Counted from the stretch's first letter, positions 1 to 8,865 are shown. The stretch is 45,710 bases of DNA from Candidatus Melainabacteria bacterium (GCA_023250095.1 JAHFBI010000002.1:1-45710); one strand, 5' to 3'. A program made the numbers and translations. Notes: generated by a model not told the origin, from the letters alone.

Positions 1-18
1 GACGAGAACTTCCGCTTC

Positions 19-2295
19 ATGGAGGAGCCCAAAGAAGGCGGGATGCGGCGCGTTTCCTCGCAGCAATCCTGGAAAGATAGCCTCAAAGATTTCGAGAAAG
101 TAGCCAGCCCCGAAGGGATGAATCTGGCGCGGCAGTCAATGCAGCAAGCCGACGAAGCGGCTCTGCGTGCACAAGGGCGTGTCGACGAATGGATTTCCGG
201 GCGCCTCGGGCTGAAACCCGGCGAGCCGTTGCCGGAAATCCCCGGCTGGACGGGCAGCCCCGGACATCCGGACAAGCTCAAATATCCTGATTACGAGCAG
301 AAATGGTGGGACATTCACAACAAGCCGGCCTCGGCGCGGAGCGCCGATGAGGTGAAATTTTACGAGGATCCTGCCAATCGCTACCGCGGGCTCAACGAGC
401 AAGAAATTCAGCAATTCAAATTTGCCCAGGAAATACGTGACCGCTATGCCGGCGAGCTGAGAAAAGAGCAGCGCGTGGCCGGTGACGCGCCGCCCGAATA
501 CAAGCCCCTCACGCGCCAGGAGCCAGAAATTCTCAGTGGACCGACTGTCCTCGATCGGCATCCGGAAACGCTGGCACGCTCGCAAAATCCTTTTTCCGAC
601 TATTCAACCGGTGATTATCAGTTGACAGTGGGTGGCAAGCCAGTCGCTCTGGACAGGCAGAAAGTCACTCTCGGGCGGCAGGAAGACAACAATCTCGTTT
701 TCCGCCATGATAATGTGAGCCGCACACATGCCGAAATAGAGTACGTGAACGGCAAGCCTGTCATTCGCGATCTCAATTCGACCAATGGAACCTTTGTGAA
801 CGGGCAGCGGCTTTCGCCGGGGCGTGAAGTTCTGCTCAAGCCGGGAGACAAGATCCGCCTGGGCTCAGATCAAGAATTCACCTTTTCAGTCAAGCCGGAG
901 TTCCACCTCGATGCAAATGGACGGAGTCTGGATCTGCGAGTCGGCGGGACGACAATCGGGCGAAATCCAGACAATGACCTGGTTCTGGCCGACTCCGCCA
1001 TCAGCCGGCGGCATGCCACGATCACCAATTCCGAGCAAGGTCCGGTTGTCACCGATCTCGGCTCGACAAACGGTACTTTCGTCAACGGCAGGCGGCTCAA
1101 GCCAAATGAGTCCGTGTTACTGAAGCCCGGTGACAAAGTGGGCTTTGGCGGCGAGACAACCTATACGCTCGGCAAGGGCATGGAAGTCAACGAACAACCG
1201 CTGGTGCAGCCGGCTGAGCGTCTGGCTCCGCGCCGTGTCATGGAATACACAGCAGCAGCCGGTGAGAAGGATGTCGCCGCCAATCCCGAGGCAGTAAGGC
1301 AGAGCAACGCTTATAAGGCGGCCGGCGAAATTCGCGAGCCTGTGCGTGACGGCTTCCAGACGCTGAGCGGTGATACGCGCATTAAGGCTGATGGCACCTG
1401 GAACGATCCCAACCGTCCAGGCGTGGTTGTTGACCGTACTCGCGATGCTGTTTTGAACAAGGCTATTGCCGATGCCCATGCCCGATTCGATCATCTAAGG
1501 GGCAATCCGAAGGCACTGGCCGAGGAGCTGACCAAATATTCCAAGCAATTAATGCATCCCAATGGCTGGACGGAAGACATGGTCGATGCCGCTTATGACG
1601 GCTTCCGCAATCAGAACCGGGGCAAGCGTATTCTTCTGGGTGACTTCATCGAAAGAGCAGCCCGGGGAGAGGGAGCGGGTGTGTGCCAGCATCAGGCCCT
1701 TTTGATGAAAGTTCTAGGGGACGACTTCGGGCTCGATGTTTCCCTGGTGCAAGGTTACTATGGCACAGCGCCGGCCGGTGGGCTGCCGCGAGGTACTTTT
1801 GCCAATCACGCCTGGAACGAGGTTCATCTTGGCGGACAGACTTATATTTACGATCCCCGCCACCAGAAGTTCTTCCAGACAGCTTCCGAGCTGCCCAAGC
1901 ATAATCCGGCGCGTGTCTGGCTCAATAAGCCGGATGCCGCCCCGGTTAAGCGCTTTGCGCGCTTTGACGCCAATCCTGGTGATTATGTCAGCTGGGAAGG
2001 CGATCAAAAATGGAGCGTTACGTCCGAGCGCCCGCAGGCAGCAGGTAACATTGTGCTGAGCCACAGCGCTATGAGAAATAATCCGGCAAATGAGATTGCC
2101 TCCTTGAACCCGGGCAGGCAGCTTGTTGTCGGACAGAAATATCTGCTTAAGAGAAGCAGCGGGGAAGTGGAAGGCGGCTGGCAACTTCTGGGAGCCAGCT
2201 CTGACGGGACTCTGCGGTTCTATAAAGCTGACGGTATGAAAATGGAAGTAAGTCCCGAGGATCTGGCACGCCACAACCCGTCGAATTCTGGTTAA
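19..2295 (+). CDS. Multidomain protein: unknown N-terminal region, two tandem FHA domains, transglutaminase-like (Cys-His-Asp) core, beta-rich C-terminus. Probably 5-prime truncated by the window edge.
   Basis: Reading frame is open from nt 1 (nt 1-18 in frame, no stop). FHA signatures: TLGRQEDNNLVFRHDNVSRTHAEI...DLNSTNGTFVNGQRL (about nt 610-900) and TIGRNPDNDLVLADSAISRRHATI...DLGSTNGTFVNGRRL (about nt 905-1175). Transglutaminase-like triad context: GAGVCQHQA (Cys codon 1684-1686), ANHAWNEV (His 1807-1809), IYDPRH (Asp 1852-1854). Confidence 0.85.
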   Translation: MEEPKEGGMRRVSSQQSWKDSLKDFEKVASPEGMNLARQSMQQADEAALRAQGRVDEWISGRLGLKPGEPLPEIPGWTGSPGHPDKLKYPDYEQKWWDIHNKPASARSADEVKFYEDPANRYRGLNEQEIQQFKFAQEIRDRYAGELRKEQRVAGDAPPEYKPLTRQEPEILSGPTVLDRHPETLARSQNPFSDYSTGDYQLTVGGKPVALDRQKVTLGRQEDNNLVFRHDNVSRTHAEIEYVNGKPVIRDLNSTNGTFVNGQRLSPGREVLLKPGDKIRLGSDQEFTFSVKPEFHLDANGRSLDLRVGGTTIGRNPDNDLVLADSAISRRHATITNSEQGPVVTDLGSTNGTFVNGRRLKPNESVLLKPGDKVGFGGETTYTLGKGMEVNEQPLVQPAERLAPRRVMEYTAAAGEKDVAANPEAVRQSNAYKAAGEIREPVRDGFQTLSGDTRIKADGTWNDPNRPGVVVDRTRDAVLNKAIADAHARFDHLRGNPKALAEELTKYSKQLMHPNGWTEDMVDAAYDGFRNQNRGKRILLGDFIERAARGEGAGVCQHQALLMKVLGDDFGLDVSLVQGYYGTAPAGGLPRGTFANHAWNEVHLGGQTYIYDPRHQKFFQTASELPKHNPARVWLNKPDAAPVKRFARFDANPGDYVSWEGDQKWSVTSERPQAAGNIVLSHSAMRNNPANEIASLNPGRQLVVGQKYLLKRSSGEVEGGWQLLGASSDGTLRFYKADGMKMEVSPEDLARHNPSNSG

Positions 2296-2392
2296 CTATG
2301 GCTGTCCGCTGTCCCTCAAGTGGGAGTGATATCTTGTCGGCAGTGCCTGCCAGGGGGATTTTGCAAGAGCCTGATTATCTTGTGGAGGAATC

Positions 2393-3355
2393 ATGGATTT
2401 TAGCTGGGTAGGCTTCGTAGTAGAGGACTATATTATCGAGAGTCTGATTGGAGAAGGCAGCTTTTCCATGGTTTACCGCGGATTGCCTAGCCAGCAAGGG
2501 CCGCCCCTGGTTTTCAAAGTGTCCAGACCGGAAGGCTATGGTCCGGTGGAATGGCAAACCGGGGCCTTTAATACGCTGGCCAAGGTTTATGCCACAAGCG
2601 GATTTGCCGATGTCACGCCTCCTGCCGACGTGGTGCTGAAGCTTCAGTGGGACACTCTGGAAGGAGTGCGCGATCCCGGACTTGTTCACCCGGTCGGTTG
2701 CGGCGAGGACGCAGGACTGTTCTATTACAAGATGCCTTTTATTGGTGGCACTTCTTTGCGGGAAAAGCTGCAGGGAAAGTCGGCGCCAGTCAGGGTTCTG
2801 GTTGAAGCTGCCAGGGCGATGGAGCGTTTGACTCAGAATCAGGGGCTGGAATATCACGGCGATCTCAAGCCTGACAACATTCTTTGTCCAGAGTCCGGAG
2901 AAGTCATGCTTATCGATCCTGGCTATTTCGGTCCCATGCGCATAAATGGCGTTCTTCTAGATTTCTGCGCTATTTCCACGCCTTGCTACTACCCTTTGCT
3001 TGCTCCTGACGACCTTTTTGCTCTGGGCATCATGCTCTGGGAGATTGTTCTGGGCGAGCAGCCCTTCCGCAAGAGAGGCTTCTCCGGCAGATCAAATCTC
3101 GAGCGCGTCGGGCCTGAGCTTCTGGAGGCGGTGCTGGATCGAGAGAAGGTCGGGCGGTACGAGCTATCAGCCATTCTCGACCTGAGACTCCCCAGGGAGA
3201 TCCTTCCGGGACTCGATGCCCGGACGGAGGCGGTTTTGCTCAAAGCTATGAAGCTAAGAAAGGTCGGTGAAGGAAAGCTGGAGCTCGATGAGGGTTTTTC
3301 TAGTTTCGCTGCTTTTGCCGGGGCCGTTGCCGACAGCCTGGCATCCAGGCTCTGA
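2393..3355 (+). CDS. Compact Hanks-type Ser/Thr protein kinase-like protein (non-RD, DFG replaced by DPG)
   Basis: Ordered kinase motifs: G-loop IGEGSFSMVY, Lys in LVFKVSRP, catalytic loop YHGDLKPDNIL (His codon 2855-2857), LIDPGYFG (Asp codon 2915-2917), DLFALGIMLWE. GGAGG lies 4 nt upstream of the ATG. Confidence 0.85.
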   Translation: MDFSWVGFVVEDYIIESLIGEGSFSMVYRGLPSQQGPPLVFKVSRPEGYGPVEWQTGAFNTLAKVYATSGFADVTPPADVVLKLQWDTLEGVRDPGLVHPVGCGEDAGLFYYKMPFIGGTSLREKLQGKSAPVRVLVEAARAMERLTQNQGLEYHGDLKPDNILCPESGEVMLIDPGYFGPMRINGVLLDFCAISTPCYYPLLAPDDLFALGIMLWEIVLGEQPFRKRGFSGRSNLERVGPELLEAVLDREKVGRYELSAILDLRLPREILPGLDARTEAVLLKAMKLRKVGEGKLELDEGFSSFAAFAGAVADSLASRL

Positions 3356-3554
3356 CGGCGGCAAGAAAATGTGGTGACCGGATGAGGTATTGCTTCCAGC
3401 CTGAGGTGTTGCGCCCGTCAAGGCTCAAAGCCGTCTGAGCGATTCTTTCCTTTTGCTCTGCGCTTATATGTCCAAATTAAAGCTAAGATATTGAAACTTG
3501 AATCGGGGCGACTCACTTGAGGCGACTGGTCCGACTGGAAAAGGAAAAGATGCC

Positions 3555-4436
3555 ATGAACAACGAGGCAATCGCTCGGGGCGCGGTCGGTTACTGGCTAA
3601 GGACGAAGTCCCTGGGGGCTGTGCCACCGTCTTCGGTGGTGCCTTTAAGGCGTCGCTGGCTCAAAGCAGGAGTAACCTGGCTCACGCTGGAGAATCTCGA
3701 GTCTGGCAGAACGGGAAATGTTTTTCTCTCAGGATTTTTTCAAATCGACGGTGCCTGTTATTTGCTGATCGAGCCGGACCCGGCTTTCGCCGATGAAAGA
3801 GACTCTCAGAGGCAGACGCTTGTGCGTTTTGACGCCCGGACGGACACTCTTACAACTCTTTCGGAGGAGGAATTTCAGACAGTTATGTCCCAGGAGGCGT
3901 CTTGCCTGCCGGAGTCGGGATTGCCCTGTCAGGGTAATTTGCTCTTTGGCGATCTGCCTGGCTGGGACGAGCTGAAGTTTTCTCTGGATGATTTGCAGGA
4001 AATGGGCATAACCAGCCGGCTGGGGCTGTTCGCCACCGAAGGTATTGCCGGCGCGTCCTTCAAGGTCGAGCTCAAGTGGCAGGAATCAGGACATGCCTAC
4101 GTGTTGCTCCAGAGCCAGGGGGAACCATTGCCCGCCGAATATTCTTTGAACTGGTTGTTTGAGGAGGCAGGCGACAGTTATGTCATTCTTTGTTATCCGC
4201 CTCCTGTCAGGGCCGATGAACTGGTGTCGACAAAGATTGTCATGAAAGTGCGCGATGAGCGAACTTTTGTCGGCATCAACAAAGATGATTTGCTGAGACT
4301 GGCTTGCTCCTGCGTGGCCGTCGTTGAAGGCAGCCGCCGGAGCAATTGTGAGAGGATGTCCCTGGTACTGGGTGCCTTTCCCTCCTGGCAGGAGGTCAAG
4401 GATGAAGTGGACAGGCGGCTTTCCGGGAGCAAATGA
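3555..4436 (+). CDS. Hypothetical soluble acidic protein with two internally similar halves
   Basis: Track ORF is 3498-4436. I prefer the ATG at 3555 (MNNEAIARG...) because AAGGAAAAG lies 5 nt upstream. No family motif recognised. Confidence 0.6.
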   Translation: MNNEAIARGAVGYWLRTKSLGAVPPSSVVPLRRRWLKAGVTWLTLENLESGRTGNVFLSGFFQIDGACYLLIEPDPAFADERDSQRQTLVRFDARTDTLTTLSEEEFQTVMSQEASCLPESGLPCQGNLLFGDLPGWDELKFSLDDLQEMGITSRLGLFATEGIAGASFKVELKWQESGHAYVLLQSQGEPLPAEYSLNWLFEEAGDSYVILCYPPPVRADELVSTKIVMKVRDERTFVGINKDDLLRLACSCVAVVEGSRRSNCERMSLVLGAFPSWQEVKDEVDRRLSGSK

Positions 4437-4464
4437 GAAATGTTTTTGGACAGAGGATAAGCTT

Positions 4465-4635
4465 ATGAGTGAGAAAGATGAGCTCGATGAGCTGCTCAAG
4501 CGGAAAGAAGATCTCGAGTGTATGGCGCAAGCTCACGCCGTTGCCGGGCAGCCGCTTCCCGAGGATGTCACCAGAGAATATATGCAGATCGAAGCTCGGA
4601 TAAAGGCTCTTATGGAGAAGAGGGAAAGATCATGA
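4465..4635 (+). CDS. Small (56 aa) highly charged, probably coiled-coil protein
   Basis: In-frame ATG at 4465 within track ORF 4324-4635, preceded by AGAGGA 7 nt upstream. Sequence is MSEKDELDELLKRKEDLE...RIKALMEKRERS. Its stop overlaps the next start (ATGA at 4632-4635). Confidence 0.5.
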   Translation: MSEKDELDELLKRKEDLECMAQAHAVAGQPLPEDVTREYMQIEARIKALMEKRERS

Positions 4636-5159
4636 CTGGCTTCGACATGCAGGGGGCAAGCGATCTCGGTGAAATTGCCACATTCAGCCTGCCGCAAGGC
4701 TGGCGCGAGGGAGCACGGCAGGAGGCAATCGGCGGGCGTACTTTGCACCAGTTTCAGGCAGGCTCTGACTGCCATGTGCGATTTTGCATTTATATCAGGA
4801 CTCTGCCTGTGTCTTATCCGGCGGCGGTGGATTTTCAGAAGATTCTCTATGGACAATTCCGGGATCTTTTGAGCGAGGATATTGCCAGGCTGGGGGAAGT
4901 TCTCGAAGGGATGTCCAATCAGGCGGCTTTTGAGTTTAATGCTGCAAGCACGAATTATTTGAACGATCGCCGTGTCCTGCAAGTGGAAGGGCGCTGGCTG
5001 AAAGCAGATGAAGACACACTGGCTGTCTTTGTCGATGTGGATGGCACGGGGCGGTACGTTCAGCAGATTTATTTCACGGCACCGGCCGGCGCTCTGGAAA
5101 GCCATCTCAGTCTGGCCAACAGCATGTTCACGTCCATTAAATGGAAACAAAGAAAGTAG
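4632..5159 (+). CDS. Hypothetical protein (175 aa)
   Basis: In-frame ATG at 4632 within track ORF 4518-5159, AGGGAAAG upstream, ATGA overlap with the previous gene. The N-terminal FSLPQGW pattern is weakly reminiscent of PsbP/DcrB-like folds (not verifiable here). Confidence 0.6.
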   Translation: MTGFDMQGASDLGEIATFSLPQGWREGARQEAIGGRTLHQFQAGSDCHVRFCIYIRTLPVSYPAAVDFQKILYGQFRDLLSEDIARLGEVLEGMSNQAAFEFNAASTNYLNDRRVLQVEGRWLKADEDTLAVFVDVDGTGRYVQQIYFTAPAGALESHLSLANSMFTSIKWKQRK

Positions 5160-6058
5160 AGAGAGTCTACCGGCTGAAAGCGATGGTGCTGGCCAGACTT
5201 CTGGCTGAGGTGACCGTGCTTTTGATTCTTGTCTTGTTGCCGCCTACCCTCTTGCTTCTCAACAGATTTGCCGAGCTTCCTTACTACGTCAAGATGATTC
5301 TGCCTGTGCTGAGCATCATTGCACTGTGCGTACTGCCTGGATATGGCTTCGTCACATGCAGCGTGCGCGTAAATGAAGAAGGGATTGCCACCAGGGCTCT
5401 TTTTAAGAGACAATTTGCTTGCTGGGACAACATAAGAACCCTTGCCTTGAAAACGTCCTTCGGATGGCGCCGGTATACGCTTTCCGGGCAGGGCGTCGAT
5501 ATGACGTTTCCCGTCTGGCTAAACGAGGTGAGGCAACTGACTGAGTTTATTCGCGCTCGATTACCTGGCGGGGGGCGCACCGCCGGTGGTGGCGAGCGGA
5601 CCTACCACCAGGATATTTTCAGCCTGCTTGTTCAGTTTCTCAGGCTATGTGCGAACCTGGTTTTTATCGTGATTTTCTGGATGTTCTTCCGGTCTCTTTC
5701 TGCTCCGGGCGCGGCGGCGGGCGGCAAGGGCCACCTAGACCCGCTGGATACATGGCTTATTTTAAGCGCCTGCATCGTTTTTACTTTGATCATGGTATTG
5801 CGCTGCGTGATGATTGCTTTGATGCCCCGGGCTCTGACGGTCGGCCCTGACGGCATCGAGCTAAGAGGGCTGTTTTTCAAAAGGCAATTTTGCTGGCGCG
5901 ATGTAAAAGAGCTGAGTCCGCCCAGCTTCATTTTGCCTGAAGGCTATTTGCTCAAAACAAGAGGCGGCTGGTTCCTGCTTGGCGAGTCGCTGGAGCTATT
6001 CGATGAGCTTCAAGATGAGTTGATGCGCCGCCTGACCTCATCCGGCGCCGGCGGCTAG
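5141..6058 (+). CDS. Integral membrane protein made of a duplicated module (TM hairpin plus soluble PH-like segment)
   Basis: Two pairs of hydrophobic helices. Each pair is followed by a segment with the same motif (LFKRQFACWDNIRTL and FFKRQFCWRDVKEL). The start overlaps the previous gene by 19 nt. Confidence 0.7.
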   Translation: METKKVERVYRLKAMVLARLLAEVTVLLILVLLPPTLLLLNRFAELPYYVKMILPVLSIIALCVLPGYGFVTCSVRVNEEGIATRALFKRQFACWDNIRTLALKTSFGWRRYTLSGQGVDMTFPVWLNEVRQLTEFIRARLPGGGRTAGGGERTYHQDIFSLLVQFLRLCANLVFIVIFWMFFRSLSAPGAAAGGKGHLDPLDTWLILSACIVFTLIMVLRCVMIALMPRALTVGPDGIELRGLFFKRQFCWRDVKELSPPSFILPEGYLLKTRGGWFLLGESLELFDELQDELMRRLTSSGAGG

Positions 6059-6615
6059 AGCTCGAGAGATCCTTTGCTGGCGAAGTAACGCGCAATCATC
6101 TGCCGATGCAACTCGAAAGCAATTTTCGGCGGGAGGCTGCCGGCGTGGAAAACCTGCACTTCGGAGGCATCGTCTCCGGCGACGAGTTGACCGGAGGCCG
6201 GCTTGGCCAGATAAAAAAGAATGACGACATTGATACCATGTCCAGGAGCGCTGGCTTCCAGGAGCCGGTTAAGCTCGATGTTGAGACCGGTCTCTTCGAA
6301 AACCTCACGGGCTGCCGACTCGGCCGGATGCTCCGCTGATTCGATAAAGCCGCCGGGCAGGCACCAGTAACCGGTGAAGGGTTCATACTTGCGTCTCACG
6401 AGGACCAGACCATCGTCCATTGGCACGAGCGTGGCTGTTACCGGTTTCGGGTTGTCCCAGTGCACGAAGTCGCAGGAGGCGCACAACAAGCGGGCCCGAC
6501 CGCCGAGCTCGGCGGTCTCAAGCAGTTGCTTGCAGACAGGACAGTTCTTCAAATTTCCCTCTTCAGCATTTGGTGATATCAAACGATTGTAACGAGAGAT
6601 GGGCTGAAATTGCAT
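6055..6615 (-). CDS. NUDIX hydrolase with N-terminal CxxC...CxxC zinc ribbon
   Basis: CPVC...CASC near the N-terminus. NUDIX box: LPGGFIESAEHPAESAAREVFEETGL. Confidence 0.85.
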   Translation of the reverse strand: MQFQPISRYNRLISPNAEEGNLKNCPVCKQLLETAELGGRARLLCASCDFVHWDNPKPVTATLVPMDDGLVLVRRKYEPFTGYWCLPGGFIESAEHPAESAAREVFEETGLNIELNRLLEASAPGHGINVVILFYLAKPASGQLVAGDDASEVQVFHAGSLPPKIAFELHRQMIARYFASKGSLEL

Positions 6616-7742
6616 CAGCTTCTATTCAAGCAGATAGCGGCAAAACCTGCCGAAAATGCGGCTGTCGCTGCCCTTTGTACAGGATGGATTATTTCAAGCT
6701 GTTAAAAATCTGCTGCTTATATATGGGTTACAACTGATAGCGCAAATATAATTGCGGCTGTTAATATGTCCGCAAATCCGCAAAGGTAGGCTCCAGCGCC
6801 GTCGAGTCTGAATGACACGAAGCCAAGAGGTGATTCTAATCTCAAGATAGCGTAGGGAGATTGTCCTCCGGGCATGTCTAGTTTGGCTGGGGACCCCAAC
6901 TAAAGGATTGATAGGGAATATGCCGGGGTGACCGGCTCCAGAAAAGGAAATTCAAGGTAACCTTCCGGTGACTACTATGAAGCACAAGCGCTCACGCTAC
7001 ACGCAGATCAACCAGGTCAGCCAAAAAACGCAGGAAAGCAATTCCGAGAATGTGACGGTCTCGGCAGAAGCGAAAGTCCAAAAGAATAAGGACAATGAGT
7101 GCTCGGGTGTCTGTTCTCTGTCCTGGAAGCCGGTTGCAGTCGCGCGCTGACTTTCTGGCTCCCAGCTCCGTCACTTCTTTGGCGAGCTCTCTAGATCGCA
7201 GAACCTGTGAGAAAGTTGCAGTTGCAAGAGCTTGGGCCGCGCTGCTTGCTTAGTCTGTTGTTTATTCACCTTTGATTTCTGGTCAGGACACATCCGCAGG
7301 ATGTAGGAACTCCAGCCACGCTATTCTGAGCAAGCCGTTTTTCAGACGAGCGTGAGCCAGATAGAGCCCTTCTTCCAGTAGTCGGGATGGATAGGAGGGA
7401 CTTTCACCGGATTCTCTATGGCTTTCGATGGCTGGCGGCCTTGACAGCCTGCCGGCACTTACAAAGCAGCCTCAGCATATCTGACGGATCGGGGGGAGCA
7501 GCTGATTGCCGAGACAGCTCTGTTGGCGTTGCCATGAATCTCTCAGTCCTGCGGATTTGTGCCTGACTCTCTTATCCTGTCATGGCGGGCTGCTCCGAGA
7601 AACCCGCAAAGGAATGAATCTTGCCGCAGTGCCCGGGTGATTCATTGCTCCCCGGTTGGTTCGCCCTGCCTGATTGATATCACTCGGCGGCGTGACAGAG
7701 CACTGCTTTCGGGCACAGGCACTGGAAGGTAACCATGCCCGA

Positions 7743-7785
7743 AAGGAAGAGGATGCTGCCTAAAGCATCCTCTTCCTTGTTTTTC
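7743..7785. terminator. Intrinsic terminator hairpin, possibly bidirectional, immediately downstream of the aldolase gene
   Basis: Arms GGAAGAGGATGCT (7745-7757) and AGCATCCTCTTCC (7764-7776), loop GCCTAA, followed by TTGTTTTT on the plus strand. On the minus strand the trailing sequence is only TTTC. A second hairpin, CTTTCGGGC/GCCCGAAAG, sits at 7706-7744. Confidence 0.7.
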
Positions 7786-7797
7786 TCTAGGACAAGC

Positions 7798-8865
7798 TCA
7801 GGCGATGGTGACGTCGTCGCAAAGATAGACGTCCTGGATGGCGTTGAGCAGGGCAATCCCGTCTTTCATCGGTTTCTGGAAAGCTTTGCGCCCGGAGATG
7901 AGACCCATGCCCCCGGCCCTCTTGTTGACGACTGCAGTCAGGATGGCGTCGTGCAAGTCGTTGGCTCCAGAGGCGCCGCCGGAATTGATCAGACCTGAGC
8001 GGCCCATATAGCAGTTGGCTACTTGATAGCGCGTCAGGTCGATTGGATGATCGGAGGTCAGCTCCGAATAGACTCTGGAGTCGGTTTTGCCGAATTTGAG
8101 CGCGTTATAACCGCCATTGTTCTCCGGGGCCTTCTGTTTGATGATGTCAGCTTCCAGCGTGACGCCGAGGTGGTTGGCCTGACCGGTGAGGTCAGCGGAT
8201 ACGTGATAGTCCGTGTCCCCGACTTTGAAAGCCGAGTTGCGCAGGTAGCACCAGAGCACCGTGGCCATACCCAGCTCGTGGGCCTCATGGAATGCACGGG
8301 CAATTTCCACAATCTGGCGATCCGATTCTGGCGAGCCGAAATAAATGGTGGCACCAACGGCGACTGCTCCCATTTCCCAGGCTTGCTTGATGGTGCCGAA
8401 AAGGATCTGATCGTATTTGTTGGGATAGGTCAGGAATTCGTTATGGTTGATCTTGACGATGAAAGGAATCTTGTGCGCGTATTTGCGCGCCACCGACCCG
8501 AGAACACCGAAGGTGGAGGCGACGGCGTTGCAGCCTCCTTCGATGGCCAGTTTGACGATATTTTCGCCGTCGAAATAAATCGGGTTCTTGGCAAAAGAAG
8601 CTCCGCCCGAGTGCTCGATGCCCTGGTCGACGGGGAGAATCGAGACATAGCCCGTGCCGGCGAGCCGTCCGGAGTTGAGTATGGTCTGAAGGCTGAGCAG
8701 GACCCGCGAGTTGCGGTCCGAATGCATGACTACCGTGTCCACAAAGTCAGGACCGGGAAGGTGGAGCATGTCCTTGGAAATCGTCTTGCACTTGTGCTCC
8801 AGGTAATAGGTGGATTTATCGCCAAGCGCCTTTTCAATCGTGTTGAGTTCTGTCATGACTGGCAT
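7798..8865 (-). CDS. fbaB: Class I fructose-bisphosphate aldolase, DhnA/FbaB family
   Basis: Near end-to-end resemblance to E. coli FbaB as I recall it: [111 protein letters not shown]. Start chosen at MPVMTELN (8865), with GGAGG upstream. The track ORF extends to 8961. Confidence 0.93.
   Translation of the reverse strand: MPVMTELNTIEKALGDKSTYYLEHKCKTISKDMLHLPGPDFVDTVVMHSDRNSRVLLSLQTILNSGRLAGTGYVSILPVDQGIEHSGGASFAKNPIYFDGENIVKLAIEGGCNAVASTFGVLGSVARKYAHKIPFIVKINHNEFLTYPNKYDQILFGTIKQAWEMGAVAVGATIYFGSPESDRQIVEIARAFHEAHELGMATVLWCYLRNSAFKVGDTDYHVSADLTGQANHLGVTLEADIIKQKAPENNGGYNALKFGKTDSRVYSELTSDHPIDLTRYQVANCYMGRSGLINSGGASGANDLHDAILTAVVNKRAGGMGLISGRKAFQKPMKDGIALLNAIQDVYLCDDVTIA

Noticed and set aside
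6968-7150. 60-aa Lys/Gln-rich plus-strand ORF, and an ACCAGGTCAG string (7011-7020) resembling the SRP RNA conserved region
   Set aside because: The ORF has no RBS and low-complexity sequence. The SRP-like string lacks the adjacent GGAA tetraloop context and the complementary helix-8 strand.
6717-7174. Hydrophobic minus-strand frames, considered as a decayed K+ channel or other membrane-protein gene
   Set aside because: There is no selectivity-filter or other diagnostic motif (GFADI is only a loose echo of GYGD). The two ORFs are in different frames and neither has a start context. Kept only as a possibility inside the finding on the 1.2-kb gap.
7398-7410. GGTGAAAGTCC on the minus strand, resembling the RNase P RNA P4 motif
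   Set aside because: The flanking sequence does not continue as GGGCUC, and none of the other conserved RNase P segments is nearby.
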